DNA of 64,000 bases from a virus, in IMG/VR virus record IMGVR_UViG_3300035703_000038, positions 1 to 64,000 of that record. One strand, 5' to 3'. The notes under the pieces were generated by a model, which saw only the letters and a program-made list of their open reading frames with translations, did not search any database and was not told the origin of the DNA. The number at the start of each line of letters is the position of its first letter. Positions within the stretch are counted from its first letter, which is position 1. Shown in pieces: positions 48,480 to 57,800 of this stretch. Both the position numbers and the translations under genes were made by a program.

Positions 48480-51400
48480 ATGACCACCCCACAAGTACCT
48501 GGCAATCAGCTAAGCGCATCAGATATTTCAGATGAAATTAACCCTTCTGGTTATGTGCAGGGTGAACAGAGTATTGGGTCAAATGTAGTCATTAGAAAGC
48601 TTTCTGGTGACTTTGAAAAGTTTAGATCCAATACAGTTGAATTATCATTTGGCGATCTATCCAACAAGACAGCATTCTCAGAAATTATCGCTACATCAAC
48701 ATCTAACACTCAGAGTGGTGTTAGTACCGTTGCTAATCCAGTTGCAGCAACTCTCACATTAACTGCTAACAGTGATATGGTTGAACCAGTTATTAACTGG
48801 TCATATGAGTTTTTACCTGGATCAACAGCTACTGCTGATGACATCACAATTACAAGAAACATTGTATTTGCTCCTAATGGTAGACCATCTAGCAAGAGTG
48901 CTAATGTAAAGCTAACATCGCTGAGTGGAGATAAACACGCCAATGTTAGAATCACAGCACAAATGGTTGTTCCAAACTATGATGCCCAAGGATTATTTGA
49001 AACTGGTAACCATATTGTCAATACATGCACCAAGGACGTTAAGTTAACTGTTGCTGCTGTCAATACAGCATTCCAAGTTACAGCAACGCCAAGCTTCACA
49101 GTTAACGCATCAGGTGTATCTGCACAGACAGCAACAATTACTGTTAAGGCGTCTGCAAATAGTTCTCTCAATCAATCGTTTGTATTCACTCCAACATTTG
49201 TTTCTGGTACAGGTGCATTGACACCTGTTATTGGACCTGACTCAATTATATTCACAGCAACTGCACCTAGACCATTAACTAATTCAGCCATCTATAGTCT
49301 ACTAACAGAATTTTATTCAGATGGTAAACTAGTTGCATCAAACACATCAACAGTTGACTTGAGAGCACAGTTTATTGATAGACAGATCACCAGCTTCACC
49401 GCAGCTGCTACAACAAACAACCAATTCACAAATGCAGCTAGCCAGTATGCTACAATTGATGTCACAGCAGTACACAATGCTGTCGCACCTGGCTTCCCAC
49501 AAGGTACAGTAACAGTCACAGTGGAGACTGTTGGTGATGCAGTTACAACTCAAACAATTAGTTCAAACACATCTGCTAAGGTAGAGAGAATTTCTCTATT
49601 CCACGACTTTGCTACAGATGGCTTTGGATTTAAGAAAGCAGTTGTAAATGTTGTAGCCACTTTAAGATCACCAGACAACACAATTATGGACCAGAAGAGA
49701 ATTACTGGTCTAGTACTAAGAGCTGGTGCATATGGCTTAGATGTCAAAGCACCAGCATCAAATACACAAAGTGGCTATGCAGCTCAGACTGCTGTCACAT
49801 CTGGCTCAGCTACATGGAGAGCTACAGCAGCATCATTCAGATGGACATCAAGACAGTTCAACGGTTCAGGTCCTATAACAGTAATTGATAATGCTCCTAC
49901 ATCAGCAACTATTAACATTACTGCTACAACGCCAACTGGTAAAAATAGATCTCAGAGTATTTCAAATACATCCAACTATGATCTAACTGGTACATTAACA
50001 TTTGATGGTGTGACAATAACAACAATTACACTAAGTGATATTCTTGTTAAGGCTGAATCCCTACCATACACATTCTCTGTTACACCAGCTGCTACTTCCA
50101 ATGTACAAGTTGATGCAACAAATGCAACTACAGCATCACTACTAGTAACAGGCGCTGCTTCTATTGGTACTATTGCCTGGACAAAAAATAATGGCGATGT
50201 TGGTATTACAACAACATCTACCACAGCCAATGTGTTTGTTGTATCATCAGCATCTGGTGGATCTAATAATCAAAATGTTATTGTGACAGGCACATTGTCT
50301 GATCCAGGTGCAAGAGTAGTTGAAGCTATTCCAACTGATGTTTTAAATATTGACGCAACAACAGCTGAATTGCAAATACTTGGTGCCAATGTTTCTATTA
50401 GTACAGATCAAAAGACAGCAACAGCCACTGGTATCTTTGAATCAACAGCTGTTGTAGGAACACATTCATTAATATTTCCACCTACGAAACAATCTGGCGA
50501 TGACTTAACATTATTAAAAGATACTGATCAAAAGATTACTATCCAAGCAACAGCAACACAGTCATCTAAGTCTGGTGTGTATAGAATTACAGGCCAGGTT
50601 ATATATAGAGGGATTACAAGAACAACAACAAAGGATGTCAGCGTTGCAGTCAGTGCTCTTGCTCCATCACTAACTGCAACTAAGACGCAGTACAGTTATC
50701 TACAATACTCATCTATTTCCGGTGTCGACTTTACTGGCTTTGGAGGCCAGGTTATTGGTATTGGTGGCGAGACAGTACCTATTCAGATAACAGGAGAAGA
50801 TGTTGTTGTTCAATCAGATTATCCTGGTACTATTAATGTTGATTATGAGATTAGAAGAACAAACACAATAGTTGGTAAATTTGGTGAGGCTGAAACAACA
50901 ACAGTCACTGGCCCATTCTATAATCAGGCTGCAAACACAAACCCTGCTCCAGCTGGATTTCCTGCATCTATTAACAAAAGAAGAGATAGATTTGAAATTG
51001 TACCATTTATTGGTTTATTGTTAGATTATGATGCTACGTACGAATTATATGCACCAGCTGGTCCAAATGGTATATTCTTAAAAGATTTAAATGTAACAAG
51101 TAGGATTGGAGTACCAGCATCTGGTGCTGATGTAACATTGAAGTTTGATAATGTTACTGGTAAGACATTCACAGTTACAGATAAACCTCTTAATAATAAT
51201 GGCTATAATGAACCTTATCCATTATCAGTAGAATATACTCAAAGAGCAGATTATACAGCAACATTTATAACGCAGCTAGCTCTAGATACACCAAGGTTTG
51301 TCTTTAGTACAGTTGCCACAGGTGGTATTAATGCACCTGTTGCAGCAGCTGGTGATATTACCGTTACATCTAATCCTGTTAATGGCCAGGCTAATGTTCT

Positions 51401-52286
51401 TGTAAAATCTATTTACTACGATCCAGGATCTAATTTTAACAATCCTCTTCCAACTATTACGGATTCAAGTGGTGGTGTTGGTTTACAAGCCCAGTTAACT
51501 GCATTAGATAATGGTACACTTAGATTTGTAAGTAAACCAGTAACGCAGTCACGCAATTTTGAGCTTCCAATGCCACGTGGCCGATGCTATAGATTGGCAA
51601 CATTCTCAGCTGGTGTTAGACAGTTTGATACTAGAGATGTATTTGGTAATGATAATGAAGTAATTGATTATGGACGTATACCTTCAAGTGGTTCACTAGA
51701 TGGTCCTGAGACAAAGTGGATTGGTTTCCATGATGGTTCAAGAATTTACGAACAGTCAAACAGACCACTATATGCAAATGATGCACAGAGAACAAGATAC
51801 TATAGTAGTGCTGGCCATAGATCTGCTCACCATGCTCAGTTTCCAAAGGAAGCCAATTTTCCAAATCAGGTAATCCCAGCAAATTATTTCATGATCCTGT
51901 CATTCTCTGAAACTGGTACTCCATCAATTGGACAAATAACATTGCTTGGTTCAGATAATAACACATATGTGCTACCATCGCAGCCATGGGCATTTGGCAA
52001 TCAAGATGATACAAGCAGAAGCAACTCTCAAAAGTTCCATTGGATAATATATGCATGGTCGCCTCCTGCTGGCGTAACATTTAGCTATGCATTTGTTTCA
52101 AATATTGGTGGTTCTGAGCCACCTCCACCACCTCCAGTACTACCACTAACATTTATTAAGGGTAACCCTGGATCTGCTTTATTAGCTGAAGATGTTAACG
52201 TGGACATTGGTACAGTATCTGGTGGATTTATTATTGAAGGTGATTCGCAAGATGATCCAGATAGACTACGCGATTTGGTTTCGTAA
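48480..52286 (+). CDS. large beta-rich virion protein (tandem Ig-like domains)
   Basis: 1268 aa, T/S/A/V-rich ~100-aa modules; N-terminal LS.SDI..E....L......SF.DL motif. Confidence 0.65.
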   Translation: MTTPQVPGNQLSASDISDEINPSGYVQGEQSIGSNVVIRKLSGDFEKFRSNTVELSFGDLSNKTAFSEIIATSTSNTQSGVSTVANPVAATLTLTANSDMVEPVINWSYEFLPGSTATADDITITRNIVFAPNGRPSSKSANVKLTSLSGDKHANVRITAQMVVPNYDAQGLFETGNHIVNTCTKDVKLTVAAVNTAFQVTATPSFTVNASGVSAQTATITVKASANSSLNQSFVFTPTFVSGTGALTPVIGPDSIIFTATAPRPLTNSAIYSLLTEFYSDGKLVASNTSTVDLRAQFIDRQITSFTAAATTNNQFTNAASQYATIDVTAVHNAVAPGFPQGTVTVTVETVGDAVTTQTISSNTSAKVERISLFHDFATDGFGFKKAVVNVVATLRSPDNTIMDQKRITGLVLRAGAYGLDVKAPASNTQSGYAAQTAVTSGSATWRATAASFRWTSRQFNGSGPITVIDNAPTSATINITATTPTGKNRSQSISNTSNYDLTGTLTFDGVTITTITLSDILVKAESLPYTFSVTPAATSNVQVDATNATTASLLVTGAASIGTIAWTKNNGDVGITTTSTTANVFVVSSASGGSNNQNVIVTGTLSDPGARVVEAIPTDVLNIDATTAELQILGANVSISTDQKTATATGIFESTAVVGTHSLIFPPTKQSGDDLTLLKDTDQKITIQATATQSSKSGVYRITGQVIYRGITRTTTKDVSVAVSALAPSLTATKTQYSYLQYSSISGVDFTGFGGQVIGIGGETVPIQITGEDVVVQSDYPGTINVDYEIRRTNTIVGKFGEAETTTVTGPFYNQAANTNPAPAGFPASINKRRDRFEIVPFIGLLLDYDATYELYAPAGPNGIFLKDLNVTSRIGVPASGADVTLKFDNVTGKTFTVTDKPLNNNGYNEPYPLSVEYTQRADYTATFITQLALDTPRFVFSTVATGGINAPVAAAGDITVTSNPVNGQANVLVKSIYYDPGSNFNNPLPTITDSSGGVGLQAQLTALDNGTLRFVSKPVTQSRNFELPMPRGRCYRLATFSAGVRQFDTRDVFGNDNEVIDYGRIPSSGSLDGPETKWIGFHDGSRIYEQSNRPLYANDAQRTRYYSSAGHRSAHHAQFPKEANFPNQVIPANYFMILSFSETGTPSIGQITLLGSDNNTYVLPSQPWAFGNQDDTSRSNSQKFHWIIYAWSPPAGVTFSYAFVSNIGGSEPPPPPPVLPLTFIKGNPGSALLAEDVNVDIGTVSGGFIIEGDSQDDPDRLRDLVS

Positions 52287-52297
52287 GGAGTAGGGTA

Positions 52298-54787
52298 ATG
52301 GGATATCAATGGAACGTAACAGGTAATCTACCAGATGGCTTAAAGCTGGTAACCGTCAATGGCGGTAGAAAAGGTTACCTTCAAGGTAAACCAACAAAGG
52401 TTGGTACGTTCAATTGGTCTATAACTGTTAGCGACGACTCTTCACCAGATCCTCAGACAGCCACACAAAACTATTCAATGAGTATTTCATCTGCTTTGTA
52501 CCTTGTTGGCTTTTTGGTTGATAGCTTTGGTCAGCTACCAAATGCAGTTAAGGGCGTAGCACTAAACACTGCATTCAATAGTAATAGATTGTCAGTACAA
52601 GAACTTGGCACTCACAATAGTGCATTTAGCGTGTCAGTTGTTAGAGGTACTGCACCTGCATGGATGACAATTACAGCTGGTGCCACAACTAACTATCAAG
52701 GTGATGGCGTTGGCCCAGCATTTAAATACTGTGCAGCTCCAATCACGTTTAATGGAACACCAACTACTGTAGGATTGTTTTCATTCACTATTAGAGTTTC
52801 ATCATCAACAACAGCGTTCCAGGATTTAGATGTCACGCTTGCTGTAGAGGAGCCAGGTACACAAGTAGAAAAGCTTGGCAATCTCTATATTCTCTCTGCT
52901 GAAAAGTCAGGCGTAAGTGAAGGTGAAACAATTAGAGTATATTTAAGAACAACCAACTTGACTGATGGTGCTACTGTTCCTTATAGAATACGTGGCATCA
53001 ATGGTTTCACAGCACAAGACATTAATGTTGCTCTTGATGGAAACTTCACAGTAACATCCACTGTATATAGAGAGCCAATATTTGTTACAATTGGTGGTAT
53101 CCTGTCAGAACAAATTGTGGGATATAAAGAAACGGTATACTACGATGGTTATATTGATATAACTGCTTCTGCTGATCTAACAACAGAAGGTGTTGAAACA
53201 TTTAATATTGATTTACCTACAATCACTACACCTGAAATAGGTTGGGTAACAGTACTACCAATTCAGATTTATGATACATCATTATCACCTGTTGTTAAAA
53301 CTTTAGTACCATCTGTAACAACTGTCCAGGAAGGTGGTTCATTTAATATTACACTAACCCACACTGGTGCATCACAAGGTACACAATTCTTCTATACAAT
53401 TGAAGGCGTATCATCTACTGATCTATTTGGTGAACCTCTTGGTGGAGAGTTTGTAATTGGTTATGATAATGGCCAGTTAATTATTCCAACAGGCAGCCAG
53501 ACAGCTGTAAAGACATTTAGAATCAAGCCAAATGGTATTGTTGATAACAATAGACAATTCAGAATTAGAATACCAGGCCTTGGTTTAAGTACAGTTGTTA
53601 GCATTACTGATGCCAACCCAACATATAGTCTATCATCAACATCGGATGAGATTAAGGAAGGCCAAACGGTAACATTCACTCTATACACATCTACTGTGGC
53701 TGATGGTACAACAATTCCTTATTCTATAACAGGCGTATCATCAACTGATGTTGGTGATTCTCTTGGCAACCCAATATCACTAAATGGATCGCTAACAATT
53801 AATAACAACTTAGCTGCCATAACAGTTAAGGCATTAGAGGATCTAACAACTGAAGCTGGCACTGAGACATTAACATTTAGCATCCCATCACTTGGCCTCA
53901 TTAAGCAAGTTAATATTATTGATACATCAACAACACCTGATCCTATTAATTATACAATGACGTTGTTGAAATCAAATGGCACTCCACTTGATGCATCTGA
54001 CACATTAACAGAAGGTGACACATTCTTTGTACAGATTGACTCTTCTGTCAATGCTATTGGTTCTGGTGTAAGATATGCAATCACTGGTCTAACAGACGCA
54101 GTTCTTGATACAGCTAACCCAACACCTGGACAGGTCACAAGCCTGACAGGCACATGGCTAATGTATGAAAGAGAGTTCTTAGGGTTTGCATCATCTTGGT
54201 ATATTGCTGTAGTTAAGACTAAGTCGGATGGTGGTGTTAATAATCTAAGAACGGTTACTGTATCGCTACCAGATATTGGTAAGCAAGCATCATTTAAGTT
54301 GAAGAGTGTTGCTGCCCCTATACCTCCAGCACCTCCTCCTCCGCCTCCTCCTCCACCGCCACCTCCTCCTCCACCATCTGTGGATCCAGTTGAGTTGGTG
54401 ATTGCGGCAACGCCAAAAGGATATGTTGGTGTCAACTATGGTATTGCAGGTCAGCCAATCTACGTATCGTATACTGGTGGTACTGGTCCATTAACATGGT
54501 CCGTATCATCTGGTTCATTGCCAACAGGTATGACTGCCGCCACAGAAAATAATAACAATATTGGACACATTTATTATCTAAGTGGTGCTCCAACAACTGT
54601 AGGCACATACTCATTCCAGATTACTGGCACTGATACACTAAGCGTATCAGATACATTATCACTATCCATTGTTGTAGAAAATCCACCAGCAGATGGTGGT
54701 GGAGACAATCCTGGTGGCGGTGGTACAATTCCTGGTGGTGGCGAAAATACACTGGACCAGAATATTGATGACCTGTTTGATAGGTAG
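52298..54787 (+). CDS. putative Ig-domain / Calx-beta-like repeat virion protein
   Basis: G.LP.G...G.PT..G.F motifs; EG....L.T....DG...PY.I.G....D repeats; Pro15 linker. Confidence 0.75.
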   Translation: MGYQWNVTGNLPDGLKLVTVNGGRKGYLQGKPTKVGTFNWSITVSDDSSPDPQTATQNYSMSISSALYLVGFLVDSFGQLPNAVKGVALNTAFNSNRLSVQELGTHNSAFSVSVVRGTAPAWMTITAGATTNYQGDGVGPAFKYCAAPITFNGTPTTVGLFSFTIRVSSSTTAFQDLDVTLAVEEPGTQVEKLGNLYILSAEKSGVSEGETIRVYLRTTNLTDGATVPYRIRGINGFTAQDINVALDGNFTVTSTVYREPIFVTIGGILSEQIVGYKETVYYDGYIDITASADLTTEGVETFNIDLPTITTPEIGWVTVLPIQIYDTSLSPVVKTLVPSVTTVQEGGSFNITLTHTGASQGTQFFYTIEGVSSTDLFGEPLGGEFVIGYDNGQLIIPTGSQTAVKTFRIKPNGIVDNNRQFRIRIPGLGLSTVVSITDANPTYSLSSTSDEIKEGQTVTFTLYTSTVADGTTIPYSITGVSSTDVGDSLGNPISLNGSLTINNNLAAITVKALEDLTTEAGTETLTFSIPSLGLIKQVNIIDTSTTPDPINYTMTLLKSNGTPLDASDTLTEGDTFFVQIDSSVNAIGSGVRYAITGLTDAVLDTANPTPGQVTSLTGTWLMYEREFLGFASSWYIAVVKTKSDGGVNNLRTVTVSLPDIGKQASFKLKSVAAPIPPAPPPPPPPPPPPPPPPSVDPVELVIAATPKGYVGVNYGIAGQPIYVSYTGGTGPLTWSVSSGSLPTGMTAATENNNNIGHIYYLSGAPTTVGTYSFQITGTDTLSVSDTLSLSIVVENPPADGGGDNPGGGGTIPGGGENTLDQNIDDLFDR

Positions 54788-54789
54788 AT

Positions 54790-54797
54790 TATAAATA
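54790..54797 (+). promoter_or_regulatory. T4 late promoter
   Basis: TATAAATA upstream of the fibre gene at 54863. Confidence 0.8.
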
Positions 54798-54862
54798 ACT
54801 GAAAGGGGTCTATATAGACTCCATTATATCCCAGTACATACTGGTTACAATTTGAGGGCCAC

Positions 54863-57800
54863 ATGGCAACAAAGTTTCAGATTAAAAGAACGTCTGTATC
54901 TGGACGTACGCCTAACACAACAAATTCTGCAAACTCATCTTATATTGCAGCAGGCGAGCTTGCCTTAAATTTAACTGATAAGAAGATGTATTCTTCTAAT
55001 GGTACCAATTATTTTGAGATTGGTGCTTTCAAAGTTGAACTAATTAATTCTACTTCAAATGTCTCCACATTCACTGAGATTTCAACACTCCAGTTTGATG
55101 AGGATAGTGGCTTTGATGTAACAAGCCCATCAGCTGGCGTCGCCAAAGTTGCGATGAATAGCACATTCAAGTACTGGCAGGTTGATGGCACAACAGAGCT
55201 TACAGCAACTGGATTAGATACTGTAAACTTCATTAGTGGTGATAATATTACTATCACTGCAAATGGTGCCAACACTCCTCAGTCAATTGCATTCTCGACA
55301 TCACTTACACCAACATTTACATCACTAACTGTCGGCAATAGTACTGTTAACACTGTCGTCAACTCTACGGCGATTGCTGTATCTAAGATCTTTGCCAATG
55401 GTGGTGTTGGTTCAAGTGGCCAGGTTCTAACATCCAATGGTACTGGTATCTATTGGGAAGATAGTACTGGTGCTGCATTTTCCGTATCAAGTGAAACATT
55501 TAATGCTAATGGCTCAAACACCCAGTTTACATTAGCACAGACAACAACATCACTTGAAACATTTGTGTTCTTAAATGGTGTTGCCCAAATACCAACAACA
55601 GATTATTCCATATCTGGTACAACTCTAACATTTGTAGTAGCACCATCAAATGGTGATGTTATTGAAGTTAGAACAATTAACATTCCTACTGTATCAGGTA
55701 TTACATTTACATTAGATAGTTTTACAGGTAATGGTAGCAATACAAACTACACATTATCTACAGCATTATCGTCTAACACAACTACGTTTGTTTATTTGAA
55801 TGGTGTCGCTCAAGTACCAACTACAGATTATGGTGTAAGTGGTTCAACGTTAACCTTTTTATCGGCACCGCCAAACTTGGAGCAGATTCGCGCATTAACT
55901 ATTAATCCAACTGGCGATTATGCATCTGATTCATTTACTGCAAATAGTACAGTTAATAATAATTTTACATTATCTATTCCAACAACAACATTTAGAACCT
56001 TAGTATTCATTAATGGTGTTGCCCAAGCTCCATCTATAGATTATATTGTAAGTGGATTGACATTATCATTAACAAATAATGCCGCCGCCAATGATGTTGT
56101 TCAGGTAAGATCATTTTATGAAGAACCAAGTGCTAGTGGTGCCAATACAACAATCCAATATAATGCATCAAGCAGACTAAAAGGTTCACTTGGATTTACA
56201 TTTAACGAAACAACAAATAATGTAACAATTGGTAACACACTAACTGTTCCAAACCTAAGAATTAATGCATCAAACCCTCCAGCAAATTCAACTTCAACCG
56301 GCTCTACTGGTACAGTTGCATGGGATAGTGATTATCTATATGTTGCAGTAGGAACAAATACTTGGAAGAAAACACCAATTACAACTGATGGTGCCGGTGG
56401 TGGTGGAGGCAGTGCCAACACAGCTGGTGCCAACACAGAAATCCAATTTAACGATAGTGGAGTACTTGGCGCTAATAATAAATTTACATTCAATAAAGAT
56501 ACATCAACACTAGCTGTTGGTTCAAATGTAACTGTTAACACAAGCACCATCTTTATTGGTAACAGCTCTGTTAATACTACAATCACTGCTGGTAATGTTC
56601 ATCTACAGGGCACCCAGCTAACAGTTGGTAATGTTGTATTAACTGGCGAACAAATTACTATTGGTAATAGTACAGTGAATACTGTATTTACAGCCAACTC
56701 ATTTGGCCTTGGTATGGCAAGACAGTCATTTGCTGGCAATGGTTCAAACACGCAGTTCACCCTGTCGGCAGAACCAACAAATGAAAGTCATACTCTTGTG
56801 TTTGTTGATAGAGTAATTCAAAGAGATTCTGATTATAACATTGCAGGTGCAGTACTAACATTTACATCAGCACCAGATAATGGATCTGATATTGACGTTT
56901 ATGTGGCACGTGCTGGTGTATCAGCAGGTCCAAGTGTTGGATATAGTGTAACAAGAAATGAATTCACTGGTAATGGTTCTAATACAAACTTCTCATTATC
57001 GGCAGCTCCGCAGTCTGAGTCCCATGTATTGGTATTTGTTGATGGTATGATTCAAAGGGATTCAGATTTTACTATATCTGGATCAACACTAATATTTGTG
57101 GCAGCACCAGATAATGGATCTGAGATTCAAACATTTGTATATCAGAGTGCAGTTGCTCTTGCTGGTGGCTCAAATACAAATATTGTATTTAACGACTCAA
57201 CAGCAGCTAATGGTTCAGCTGGCTTTACATTCAACAAAACAACAAATAATGTTACAATTAGCAACACATTAAGTGTTGGTAATAGTACCGTCAACACAAC
57301 CATACGTCCTAATGGTGCAACATTCAGTGGTGATCTAATGCCATCTGCTAATGTTACCTATGATATTGGTAACTCATCAATGAGATGGAAAGATTTGTGG
57401 TTATCTGGTTCAACAATCAATCTTGGTGGTGCTTCCATTAAGACTGACACTGATACTGGTGCCATTGCTCTCATCCCAAAGCCAACTGTTGCTAATCCAG
57501 ATCCAGTTGCTATGGTCGTATCACCAACCGGTGGTATTACATCTGTACCAACAACAGGGGGTGTTCCGGCAGCAAATGCTGTTGCTGAGGCTGCAGAGTC
57601 TAATACAGCATCTCCTGTTCCAATTGATATCACGTCCACAGCACCAGCAAATGGTCAGGCTCTAATTTGGAGTTCGTCTGCTAATACATTTGTTCCTGGT
57701 AATGTTGCAGCAGGCGGTGCTTCATCCGATATTCCAAAGATTACTGGTCTTGTATATCCTAGTGATGATACTGCTGCCAACACATCTGGCGGTCAGACAG

